This document shows, in pieces, positions 17,015 to 25,788 of a DNA stretch of 64,000 nt. The translations under genes were made by a program, and so were the position numbers. The stretch lies in IMG/VR virus record IMGVR_UViG_3300042901_002340; one strand, given 5' to 3'. The notes beneath the pieces are model-generated. The model was not told the origin of the DNA, made no database searches, and was given only the letters and a program-made list of their open reading frames with translations. How positions within the stretch are numbered: position 1 is the first letter of the stretch; every line of letters begins with the position of its first letter. Source of the stretch: a virus. Lineage: Duplodnaviria; Heunggongvirae; Uroviricota; Caudoviricetes.

Positions 17015-18928
17015 TTATAGCTTTGATTGTTTTAGTATTCCTTTCTCCTTATTGAAACAGTGCAAGGAGACTATATGCATTGCAAAATATCCAGGTTTAA
17101 CATCCTTCCATCTTTCATAATCTTTGAGCTTAAGCATATCAAGAACATAGAGGAGCTTTCTACATGCCATATAAACATCATCCCTGAAGTGTCTTATATA
17201 GTCACAGGATCTAATATAATAAACAATATGGAGGTTGTCACCTCTTCTCATAAAATGATACCCTATCGTACAATTGTGAACAGTGCAGTTTGATATATTA
17301 TAGCTATTATCCTCCTCAACCTGCAGATTATAAACATCAATGCCATCAGGATTACTTATTTCATCTTTTGTATTTACACTAAATAAAACTCTATTGGAAT
17401 TAAACCATTTATGCCGGTAGATTTCCCTTTGATTTTCAACAATCTCAATATTAAAGAATTCAGAAAATAATCTTCCACCCTGGGAAAATACCAACTTATA
17501 TGTTGGATAATTTGGTTTAATTACTCTATTTAACATTTTATTAAAGTATGGCTTCCTCAGTTTAATTTTTTGCAATGAATTATAGATACCATTTCTAAAA
17601 CACATAGTTCTTAATCCCATAATGATGGAAGGTGATACCGAGGTACATTCTATATTTTTCTGATTAGGTTCGAATGAGCCATCACCCCTAGTAAATCCAA
17701 TAAGTGTTTGTAACTGAGATTTACTTGGTAATTTTAGAAATTCGATAGGTATAATTTTATTATATGAACCGCTACCAAACATATCATATAGGGTTTTTGC
17801 AAAATCAACACTATGAAAATATATTCTGATTGATTGTTCATCGTTTATTCTGATTGATCTTTTAATCTTTACCTCCCTATTGAATTCATTTCTAATTATA
17901 TTAGCGATATCATCGATGTAACCATTTCTTTCATCCTTAGTTGACATGTTAAATCTAACTGTGCATGGCTTTTTATTTCCATATCTTTTGTCAAAAATTA
18001 TATCCCCTTCGGCTAAATAGTAACCAAAGAGCCTCATAAGATCATCGGAATATTTGGATTCTGTATTATCATTTATAAAAGAATGAACCACATAATCACC
18101 AGGATTTATATCCTCAGCATTTATCCATTCCTCGATCCATTCAAACCTACTATCACTGGGTAAAAATCCTTTATTTTTAACTACCAAGAAAGGATGATCC
18201 CTAGTTGTCCTTATCTCCTGGTTTGTGTTTGAAGTTTTTATAAATATTATCTGATCGGTATATCTAGATTGGTATACTTTTTCTATATTACGGAATCTTC
18301 CATTATGTGTTATTACCTGATCCCCCACAGATGCATCTTTAATCTTTCTATAGCCAGTTGATGTTTGTATCTCTATTTCACCAGTAAAGCAGGGTACTCT
18401 TTCACCATGAACTGTACCAGTGTCTTCCGGAAACCATATAGGCAGGAATGCTTGTCTAGTAAAAGGTTCTCTCTCCATCAAATCAATAACGTCGCCAAAG
18501 TCACCATATTCGAATCTGATTCCTTCTAATGTTCTATATTCAGGATCACCGTTATCAGGATCAAGTGTTGCCATTTTAGGCCAAATCCTTTCAGGATACG
18601 TATGTGAGAATTTCTCATGTCCACCGAATTGCTCGTTGTTCTTCTGAGCAAATGGCCACCATTCGTGGGATGGTGGTGGATTCAGGGGTAGTCCACTGAC
18701 CCTCTCCTGGAAGTGATCATCAGCCCAAGGGAGATTTGGTTTAACCTCGGTTCTAAGCTCGTCCAAAGTTTCAGGAACGAAAAATTGAAAAGAATGATTC
18801 ATGGTTTCCCACATATCATCTGGCGATTCGATACCCTGCCATTTTTCAGTTTTAACTACATATCCATAATTGGATAGTCTTTCCTTTGTCCATTTTATTG
18901 CTTCGGAAGGTTTAGAGAAGGTTTTCAT
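17015..18928 (-). CDS. thymidylate-synthase-fold enzyme, dCMP hydroxymethylase/methylase-like, with intein
   Basis: Spliced extein of 264 aa: TRQA, RVP|CTIGYHF, RSCDYIRHFRDD, HIVSLH; Asp at the ThyA Asn177 position as in T4 gp42. Confidence 0.8.
   Translation of the reverse strand: MKTFSKPSEAIKWTKERLSNYGYVVKTEKWQGIESPDDMWETMNHSFQFFVPETLDELRTEVKPNLPWADDHFQERVSGLPLNPPPSHEWWPFAQKNNEQFGGHEKFSHTYPERIWPKMATLDPDNGDPEYRTLEGIRFEYGDFGDVIDLMEREPFTRQAFLPIWFPEDTGTVHGERVPCFTGEIEIQTSTGYRKIKDASVGDQVITHNGRFRNIEKVYQSRYTDQIIFIKTSNTNQEIRTTRDHPFLVVKNKGFLPSDSRFEWIEEWINAEDINPGDYVVHSFINDNTESKYSDDLMRLFGYYLAEGDIIFDKRYGNKKPCTVRFNMSTKDERNGYIDDIANIIRNEFNREVKIKRSIRINDEQSIRIYFHSVDFAKTLYDMFGSGSYNKIIPIEFLKLPSKSQLQTLIGFTRGDGSFEPNQKNIECTSVSPSIIMGLRTMCFRNGIYNSLQKIKLRKPYFNKMLNRVIKPNYPTYKLVFSQGGRLFSEFFNIEIVENQREIYRHKWFNSNRVLFSVNTKDEISNPDGIDVYNLQVEEDNSYNISNCTVHNCTIGYHFMRRGDNLHIVYYIRSCDYIRHFRDDVYMACRKLLYVLDMLKLKDYERWKDVKPGYFAMHIVSLHCFNKEKGILKQSKL
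17273..18391 (-). mobile_element. intein (373 aa) with LAGLIDADG homing endonuclease
   Basis: Starts CFTGE; block B TTRDHPFLV; GYYLAEGD and GFTRGDGS motifs; ends VYNLQVEEDNSY...VHN before Cys. Confidence 0.93.
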
Positions 18929-18987
18929 TTATGATGTTTGTCTTTTTATATGACAAAAAATCAAATAAATTTCAACGGTAATAAGAT

Positions 18988-19695
18988 TTATTCTGGAAAA
19001 ATTATCTCATTAGTAACAGGATCCCATTCGAACACAAAAGGCTTATGTGCATAGTTATAATCCTCATTGAGAACTGAGGCATTAAAGAAGTGTGTGTCGC
19101 CATCAAAAACATACCCATAGCCGGTGTGTATATGCCCACACACATGGATTTTTGGTTTTATTTCCTTTATTCTTTCCGTTAATAATTCGCACCCTAGATT
19201 CTCGTGTCTTCTTCCGTGAACTGTATCGAGATATCCAAAAGCTGGTCCATGAGTTATCAATATATCAGTGAGTTCAGGTATAGCCTCCCATTTAGACATA
19301 AGTCCAGGTCCATTTCTTGGAAGATTAAAAGCCCAGTTATAAAACCAAGGCTGCCAGGGTGAACCGTAGATACTAACGAAATTATCCTGATCACCATTTA
19401 TAAAATGGGAATCACTCTCGTCCTGTAGATATATGATATTTGGATATTCATTAACTATTATATTAGTCTCATCTGGAAAATTCTCAAAGATTCTATCGTG
19501 ATTACCAGCTATAAATATCTTGGTTTCATATTGATCCAAGGAATTGAACCATTTACAGAAATCTCGGAGTTCATCCGGTTTGTAACCTGTACCCATTATA
19601 TCGCCAGCAAAAAGAAGAAGATCCCCGCCAGGAAGATCTTCTGTTATCTGATGATGCTTGTTATGTGTATCTGATATTAATGTTATTTTTAACAT
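18988..19695 (-). CDS. metallophosphoesterase
   Basis: SDTH, AGD, IAGNHD, THGP, HVCGHIH. Confidence 0.9.
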   Translation of the reverse strand: MLKITLISDTHNKHHQITEDLPGGDLLLFAGDIMGTGYKPDELRDFCKWFNSLDQYETKIFIAGNHDRIFENFPDETNIIVNEYPNIIYLQDESDSHFINGDQDNFVSIYGSPWQPWFYNWAFNLPRNGPGLMSKWEAIPELTDILITHGPAFGYLDTVHGRRHENLGCELLTERIKEIKPKIHVCGHIHTGYGYVFDGDTHFFNASVLNEDYNYAHKPFVFEWDPVTNEIIFPE

Positions 19696-19707
19696 ATATT
19701 TATATTT

Positions 19708-20214
19708 TTATTCCATCATAGAATCCTTTAAGATCCTTGACAGTGCGCTTTCTATATTTTTTTGTGATGCATTCTTAACGGCTTCAGATCTTTTACTAAA
19801 TTCAGCATTGCTCTTCATAAATATACCATTCATACTTCTTAGAAATTCTTTATGATCCGATGCAACATCATTATCCATTACCGATATCTCATCCTCTATT
19901 CTACTAATCACATTCTTAAAAAGCTTACTCCCTATTCTCTCGTTTATGGATATATTGACAAAATTTATTCTTACTTGACCGGAAGTTAGCGCAATTACAT
20001 ACTTTTTGTCCTTAGTTTGAATTCTTATAGATTTGCTATTGACTGAATACACAACCTTATTCTCAGGATTTGAAAGTAGATTCCTTATAATAGATGTTAT
20101 CTCCCTTTCCTCCCTATTCATCTTGGGAGAAATGTAAAGTACATCTCTTTTAATAGTTCTACTAAACTTCGGAAGTATTAAACCTATTCTCTTCTTAATG
20201 TGTCTAAAGCTCAT
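19708..20214 (-). CDS. hypothetical protein
   Basis: ORF behind a TATATTTG promoter. Confidence 0.7.
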   Translation of the reverse strand: MSFRHIKKRIGLILPKFSRTIKRDVLYISPKMNREEREITSIIRNLLSNPENKVVYSVNSKSIRIQTKDKKYVIALTSGQVRINFVNISINERIGSKLFKNVISRIEDEISVMDNDVASDHKEFLRSMNGIFMKSNAEFSKRSEAVKNASQKNIESALSRILKDSMME

Positions 20215-20234
20215 CTTTTTATATTTTGGTTATG

Positions 20235-20242
20235 CAAATATA
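20235..20242 (-). promoter_or_regulatory. Bacteroidota sigma-70 type -7 element
   Basis: TATATTTG-CATAA. Confidence 0.65.
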
Positions 20243-20267
20243 AGGATAAAATTCAAAAGAAAAAAAT

Positions 20268-21005
20268 TTATTTATGATTTTTTAATATCTCCTTCATTCT
20301 TCTTGCGCATAGTAATGCATAATCCCTACCGTCCATACCATATGATCCTATAGCCCACATATCATTAACCTCTACAAGTCTTGTCAAACCCATGGAATCT
20401 ATACCAACATCAAGGGTATATGCCGAAGGGCAATCAGTATAATCTTTAACCATCATTTCAATAATATTCCAACTTATATGTTCCTTCCAAGTACCCTTAT
20501 AATGTTTAACATCATATATTTTACCGTGACTAACAAAAACTCTATATTCTGAAAGAAATTCAATAACCTCTGATTTCATCACTGGTGTATCAGGCTGGCA
20601 TTTATCAAAAATAACCATATATTCCAAGTGCTTTGGATTATCAACAACATCACCAGTAAACATCTTAATTGACTCCGCTGGTTTTACAAAATACGGGAAA
20701 TCTGTTCCTAGCTCACCAAAAGTTGTTGTCTCTATTTTTCTACCCAGATATTTCCTAAGTTGCTCTGGATATCCCAGATATTTAGGAACTGGCACCCCAC
20801 AGGCTTCAAAAAACCTCTCAGTTCCTTGCACTGAACCTATACAGATATCAGTATTGGGATCAGGATTTCTCATAACCAGTGTGTGCTCTAGATCATCACC
20901 ATCATATGGAACTATTTTATACCCCATATCAATAAGTGGTTGCTTTGCTATATAAACAAAATCGTCCAACCACTCTCCATTTATTTTTTCTAAGAATGCT
21001 TCCAT
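20268..21005 (-). CDS. ATP-grasp protein (DUF4343/R2K-like)
   Basis: FVKP...K.FTG, SEYRVFV, YTLDVG, VEVND. Confidence 0.8.
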   Translation of the reverse strand: MEAFLEKINGEWLDDFVYIAKQPLIDMGYKIVPYDGDDLEHTLVMRNPDPNTDICIGSVQGTERFFEACGVPVPKYLGYPEQLRKYLGRKIETTTFGELGTDFPYFVKPAESIKMFTGDVVDNPKHLEYMVIFDKCQPDTPVMKSEVIEFLSEYRVFVSHGKIYDVKHYKGTWKEHISWNIIEMMVKDYTDCPSAYTLDVGIDSMGLTRLVEVNDMWAIGSYGMDGRDYALLCARRMKEILKNHK

Positions 21006-21445
21006 TATTTTATTGTTATTGAAACTTCGCTTGATTCCATTACGTCATCATAGCACATCTTGTCTATTTTCATATAATAGTTTCCAGGTTTTGTGTAAAA
21101 TATCTCGAATAGTGTACTTACACTTACATTTTTTTTAGTTTTATATTTAACTGAATATAAAGTACTGAAAGCCCAAAACATGGGCAATTTATAACCATCA
21201 TATTCAAAAAATGACTGCTCTATGAGATACCCGTATTCTACCCCATTTATCACACCGATTGGAGCCTCTCTTCTCAATCGGACTCTAACATGATAGTCAT
21301 TATCAGTGGTCTCAAATAGGGAGACAGGAGTATATAGCAAAATTCTATTGGGATTATTAGAATATGATATAGATGCACCATAAACAATAGCCTTCTGTGA
21401 ATATCCTATTGATATTATAGATAGAAAAAGTATTAAAAATTTCAT
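21005..21445 (-). CDS. exported hypothetical protein
   Basis: Signal peptide MKFLILFLSIISIGYS|Q. Confidence 0.7.
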   Translation of the reverse strand: MKFLILFLSIISIGYSQKAIVYGASISYSNNPNRILLYTPVSLFETTDNDYHVRVRLRREAPIGVINGVEYGYLIEQSFFEYDGYKLPMFWAFSTLYSVKYKTKKNVSVSTLFEIFYTKPGNYYMKIDKMCYDDVMESSEVSITIK

Positions 21446-21473
21446 ATTTTATTCTTTTTAACCTGGTATAAAA

Positions 21474-21505
21474 AAAGACTCTATTAAATATCTTATAGAG
21501 TCTTT
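21474..21505. terminator. rho-independent terminator
   Basis: AAAGACTCTAT...ATAGAGTCTTT with a T-run on the minus strand. Confidence 0.7.
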
Positions 21506-21554
21506 GAGTGTAAATCAATATATTTAAAATTAAAATATTATCAAGGTTATAGTA

Positions 21555-21911
21555 TTAGCTTAATAACATCTGATCCCCACCTTTTTTATCTTTATTTTTT
21601 GGTTTTCTTCCTCTTTTAGATTTGGGTTTTACTGGCTCTATAGGGAATTCAGGTTTTTTCTTCTTTGCTGGTTTCTTCTTTTTAGGTTTTGTAACTTTCT
21701 CCACTTCATCACTCAATATTTTACTAACTAGAGAAACTGCATCTATACCGTCTTTTTCAGAATTATCCGAATCTATCTGTGATTCATCAGAATCGTCATA
21801 AAACATCTCGTCTCTTTCCTTAATTCTTTCTTTTTTAGCTTTTCTTATACCTATTACCACTATAGCAGAAGGTAATAAGATGCATAACAATAAAATAATT
21901 GCAATTTCCAT
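21555..21911 (-). CDS. membrane-anchored protein with Lys-rich tail
   Basis: N-terminal TM; KPKKKKPAKKKK. Confidence 0.7.
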   Translation of the reverse strand: MEIAIILLLCILLPSAIVVIGIRKAKKERIKERDEMFYDDSDESQIDSDNSEKDGIDAVSLVSKILSDEVEKVTKPKKKKPAKKKKPEFPIEPVKPKSKRGRKPKNKDKKGGDQMLLS

Positions 21912-21941
21912 TTTTGATTTTATTTAGTTAATTTTAATAAA

Positions 21942-21971
21942 ATTCCGGGAACCGATTAAGATTCCCGGAAT
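21942..21971 (-). terminator. terminator hairpin downstream of tmRNA
   Basis: ATTCCGGGAA-n10-TTCCCGGAAT followed by T-rich sequence. Confidence 0.75.
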
Positions 21972-21979
21972 CGTGGGTG

Positions 21980-22441
21980 TGGATCATGAGGGATTCGAAC
22001 CCTCGTGTTGTTCAGATAGCCAAAGGACTCATTTACAGGCTTAGTAACTTTTTCTAATGCTACCAAATAATTCTCTTCTTTTACGATTAAGAGTATCAAC
22101 CATCGGAACAACATGTTACGTACAATGTTTCTAAAACGGTTTTCTTTCGCCCCCTGTATAGATCTCTAGGACCTGGATGCTCAAGGTACGCCTTGACGAC
22201 GACCAAAGTCTTGAGGGAGCCACCCGGATTTTCACATTTACTTTCCTTGGTAAGTGAGACCAGGTCGACTATGCCGCTATCGCAAGCTCAGTCTTAGCTA
22301 CGGGAGTACCAAACGCGTTGATAGATTCCCAAACGTTGTTTTTGCCGTTTAAAGCGTTGTATAGGTTATTATAGAGTTTCCAATACTAACTCTGCCTGCA
22401 TCTCAAAGAACTTATTCTGCCAATCAATACCGTGATGACCC
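21980..22441 (-). ncRNA. ssrA: tmRNA (~462 nt)
   Basis: Acceptor stem GGGUCAU/AUGAUCC-A with G3.U70; T-arm GAGGG-UUCGAAU-CCCUC; tag ORF 22346-22269 after UAAAC encodes GKNNVWESINAFGTPVAKTELAIAA*; CCA not encoded. Confidence 0.92.
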
Positions 22442-22562
22442 ATGTTTAGATATTAAACTTAATTTTTTGAAATTGTTTCAATTTTTTGAAAATTATATCT
22501 TATAAATTTGAAATTTTAACTATATTCGAATATTTATCGAATATAAAAAAATTTTTAAAATT

Positions 22563-23768
22563 CTAGAACATATCTGGACTTACCCATGAAATTGGAGCAT
22601 CATTTACTTTTTTACATGCTCCACATTTAATTAAATGTTCGTTATTATCATATTTTACCTCATTTATATAATAACCCCTCATTTTAGGTCTTTCCTTAGA
22701 CAAATCTATATCGTTCAAAATTAATTTAACACTACCCTTTTCTATGGCTTTTTTTAATCTGGATCCGAATGATTCCTGATCTTTAGTGTTCCATTCGAAG
22801 CTTTTACTAGTTAGTAACTTAGATAGCGAGGAAAAACCAATATCATCTAATCCTCCCTTCCATGAAAAATCGGAATTGGTTAAGTAGAATTCATAATTAT
22901 AAATATCCTTAGCATCCTTGGTGGCATAATCTTCCAAATCCTCCCTAATCTTGCCCTTCAGTATGAAAGATAGTGGATTCTTATTTTTTATTTTCCATCC
23001 CAGATCGGTAAAACTAGAAACTGTAAATTCCATTTTTAATTGAATATCCTTACCGAATGGTCCCAAAAATTTAATCTTCAATGTATCTTCATCCCCAAAT
23101 CCACTTATCTTCATTTCTAACTTTCCTGAATAATATACATCCCTTGGTTCAGCTAATTTTTTAGGGGCTGGAATCTGATATGGCTTACAATAATAATATC
23201 CCTCTTCGGCAGAATTTGTAACATAGTTGTAAATTCCCCTAGACCCATAAACTCCAACTCCCAATTTATTAGCGGAATCAACCAGATTGTAAAGGTAATC
23301 CGCTCCGTAACAGGCAGTAAAAAAAACTTTAGTTTCTCTTGTAATTATATCCTTTGCATTTTTTAATAAATCAGTAGCATATTTTCTATTTGATTTATCA
23401 TCTTTTTGGGTGATTAGTAGATTTTTTCCATCCCCGTGTGATCCTATAACCAGTTCTTTAACTTTAATTCCCTTATTTTTAAAAGTTTTGATGGCTTCTA
23501 TTGCTTCTACCGATGATCTAAAAACCCCAGTAACCACACCTATTTTTTTAAGAAGATTTACTGCTTTTGTTTCCCATCCCTTTTTCGGGAAGATTAGTGA
23601 AACCCTGATAGGTTTTTCACCAAAAATTTTTACATACAATGAAATTAGAGCAGATAAAGGACTTAAAATTCCTACGGCTTTGGACATATTCATGAATATT
23701 CTCAAAATTTCGGAATTCTCAGACTCGTTTATTTTTTCCCAAGTTTTAAAGTTATACAATTTTTTCAT
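22563..23768 (-). CDS. DUF4347/caspase-fold-like protein with capsid-targeting-like N-terminus
   Basis: LVIGSHG...VFFTACY His/Cys pattern; start reassigned to MKKLYNFKTW. Confidence 0.6.
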   Translation of the reverse strand: MKKLYNFKTWEKINESENSEILRIFMNMSKAVGILSPLSALISLYVKIFGEKPIRVSLIFPKKGWETKAVNLLKKIGVVTGVFRSSVEAIEAIKTFKNKGIKVKELVIGSHGDGKNLLITQKDDKSNRKYATDLLKNAKDIITRETKVFFTACYGADYLYNLVDSANKLGVGVYGSRGIYNYVTNSAEEGYYYCKPYQIPAPKKLAEPRDVYYSGKLEMKISGFGDEDTLKIKFLGPFGKDIQLKMEFTVSSFTDLGWKIKNKNPLSFILKGKIREDLEDYATKDAKDIYNYEFYLTNSDFSWKGGLDDIGFSSLSKLLTSKSFEWNTKDQESFGSRLKKAIEKGSVKLILNDIDLSKERPKMRGYYINEVKYDNNEHLIKCGACKKVNDAPISWVSPDMF

Positions 23769-23772
23769 ATGA

Positions 23773-23782
23773 TTATATATCA
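23773..23782 (-). promoter_or_regulatory. putative late promoter TGATATATAA
   Basis: Recurrent motif, 4 nt before the ATG. Confidence 0.6.
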
Positions 23783-23810
23783 AAAAATTTAAAAGAATTA
23801 ACAAATTATA

Positions 23811-24740
23811 TTAATTCTCATTATATCCGGTCATGTATAATTTATTATTCATATTGACGGAATAAAGAATATCTGAACTCATATATTCCGAAGTTGATAT
23901 CAAGGATCCAAAAAATTCATCCTCAACATCCTGACTTTTCTTTATGTCATTTTTAAATCCCCATACGTGAAAAAATCCTTTATCCGCAATCTCCTCAACA
24001 TTAGAATTTTCAAATGCTGGAAGTTCTATCGGAAAATTAGTCGGCATATAATTTCCACTAATCAAAGTCCCTATATTCTTTCCTCTAGATCTACATAGTT
24101 CATAAAGAAATCTTTGTTCCGATAAAACCATATAAGAAACATTAGTAAATGCAGGATTAATCTCATATATGCTATCGATAAACTCTAAAGCCATACTTGC
24201 ATATTCTTTAGCAAAATCTATGTCATTAAAAGCAAGTAAACATGTGTTACATGCACGATCGCTCCACTCGATACCGAAATTATTAGACATATAATTTTTA
24301 TCATCAAGATATTCAACATCAGGATAGAATTTAAGATCACCCTTAATTATTCTCTCCATGTGTGTACAATAAACATCACAATCACCATATTCTATCGTAA
24401 ATCTAATTTCAGCATCAAGATCTACGAGAATAAATGGCTCATTACAATCTAATATTGCATAGAATTTTCCAGCTGCCCAAAAAACGCTAGGATCAAAATT
24501 AGTAATTTCCGGTAGAATCGGCTTGGTCTCGTCGAAATGTTTAAGTAAACCTATTTCATCATAATATGAATATGTATCAGGATCACAATAAAGAATGGGG
24601 GAAAGTCCGTTATATTTTCTAGAAAAATGTGTTGATCTTATAATCATAGCAATTTCCCATGGTCTTTTTTCGGGAACCATCTTCCCTGAATTTCTTCTTG
24701 GTGCATGCCAATCAACATATAGTGCTTTAGTTGGTTTCAT
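23811..24740 (-). CDS. DUF6734-like / GT-A-like protein
   Basis: FWAAGK, PFILVDLD (DxD), EQRFL, FFHVWG.K. Confidence 0.6.
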   Translation of the reverse strand: MKPTKALYVDWHAPRRNSGKMVPEKRPWEIAMIIRSTHFSRKYNGLSPILYCDPDTYSYYDEIGLLKHFDETKPILPEITNFDPSVFWAAGKFYAILDCNEPFILVDLDAEIRFTIEYGDCDVYCTHMERIIKGDLKFYPDVEYLDDKNYMSNNFGIEWSDRACNTCLLAFNDIDFAKEYASMALEFIDSIYEINPAFTNVSYMVLSEQRFLYELCRSRGKNIGTLISGNYMPTNFPIELPAFENSNVEEIADKGFFHVWGFKNDIKKSQDVEDEFFGSLISTSEYMSSDILYSVNMNNKLYMTGYNEN

Positions 24741-24758
24741 TGGAATTTATTTATTTCA

Positions 24759-24766
24759 CAAATATA
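24759..24766 (-). promoter_or_regulatory. Bacteroidota sigma-70 type -7 element
   Basis: TTTTTTTTTCCGA...TATATTTG. Confidence 0.65.
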
Positions 24767-24805
24767 TTAAAAAAAATCGGAAAAAAAAATATTTCCATAA
24801 AATAT

Positions 24806-25117
24806 TTACCAAAATCTTGTTAATTGGTCAATATCTCTGGATTGAAACTGTGCATCTGGGGCCATAACAACTGAAATCCCATCGGATAGCAGGTACAATT
24901 CCTCAAGATATTTAATAACGTCATTGGTTTTAGATTTATCTATTCCAGTTTGATCTATAACATCAGCTGCTAATTGATCAATTGAGGATTCAAAATTTTC
25001 GGTATCGTGAAAATTAAAATACTTCTCATATTTTTTAACCCAATCCTTGATTAGATTCATTTCACTTTCGCTAAGTCCAGCATCTTCAAATTCGGAAAAT
25101 TCCAGTATTATGGACAT
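24806..25117 (-). CDS. putative head-internal protein
   Basis: MSIILEFSEF...LSE N-terminus. Confidence 0.7.
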   Translation of the reverse strand: MSIILEFSEFEDAGLSESEMNLIKDWVKKYEKYFNFHDTENFESSIDQLAADVIDQTGIDKSKTNDVIKYLEELYLLSDGISVVMAPDAQFQSRDIDQLTRFW

Positions 25118-25140
25118 AATAATGACATTATTTTTAAGTT

Positions 25141-25154
25141 GGATATATATATTC
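25141..25154. promoter_or_regulatory. bidirectional late-type promoter GGATATATATATTC
   Basis: Near-palindromic motif between divergent genes 24806..25117 and 25176..25559. Confidence 0.55.
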
Positions 25155-25175
25155 TAATTATAAAAATTAAAAATT

Positions 25176-25559
25176 ATGAAACATTTAAAAGAGGAAGAGG
25201 AGTTTATTAATGATGATGCCTATCTATCGGATGGAGAACCAGAAGCAGAAGGGTATGAAGATTACGAAGACGACTACAACGAGGAATCTGACTATGACGA
25301 GGACGAAGATAATTCGGACTATGAAGAGGATGAAGAAATTGAAAATCCAGACGAGGAATACGAGGATGACGATGAAGTTGAAGATCCAGACGAGGAATAC
25401 GAGGATGATGAGGACTCAGAGTACGATGACGAATCTGACTATGGTGATAACTTATCCGAACCTAGTGACGCGGAAATAGAAACCGAACACCAAGAAGAAA
25501 CCCCACAATCAAACGATCGAAGGGTTTTATCTTACACAGATTTTTTTAATAAGAATTAA
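25176..25559 (+). CDS. extremely acidic protein
   Basis: About half D/E; MKHLKEEEEFIND start and RRVLSYTDFF end. Confidence 0.8.
   Translation: MKHLKEEEEFINDDAYLSDGEPEAEGYEDYEDDYNEESDYDEDEDNSDYEEDEEIENPDEEYEDDDEVEDPDEEYEDDEDSEYDDESDYGDNLSEPSDAEIETEHQEETPQSNDRRVLSYTDFFNKN
25335..25412 (+). repeat. 2 x 39-bp in-frame tandem repeat
   Basis: Encodes EIENPDEEYEDDD / EVEDPDEEYEDDE. Confidence 0.85.
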
Positions 25560-25783
25560 TCTTTAGTAGTTTTACCAAGATCTCTTCTAATTAGTGATCT
25601 AACATAGTGAGATACCGATACAGGAGCTTCACCTTTAGATAAAGCTTTTTTCGCTATCTTTCTTGTTAGATCACTTAAATCTTCACCAGAAAGCAAAACC
25701 TGGATTTTTTCGTCTTTTTCAGCACTTTCTTCACCTTCGCTTATTTTAGAACTAACTTTTCCGAACTCTTTTAAGTTTTCCAT
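25556..25783 (-). CDS. ribbon-helix-helix-like protein
   Basis: KIQVLLS...VSVSHYVRSLIRRDL. Confidence 0.6.
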   Translation of the reverse strand: MENLKEFGKVSSKISEGEESAEKDEKIQVLLSGEDLSDLTRKIAKKALSKGEAPVSVSHYVRSLIRRDLGKTTKD

Positions 25784-25788
25784 TTTAT

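Noticed and set aside
21980-22010. tRNA-like T-arm and acceptor half
   Set aside because: No D or anticodon arm nearby; it pairs with 22435-22441 and is the 3' end of the tmRNA.
25210-25479. Thr/Met/Arg-rich 89-aa ORF
   Set aside because: Alternate-frame artefact of the GAY/GAR-rich acidic gene.
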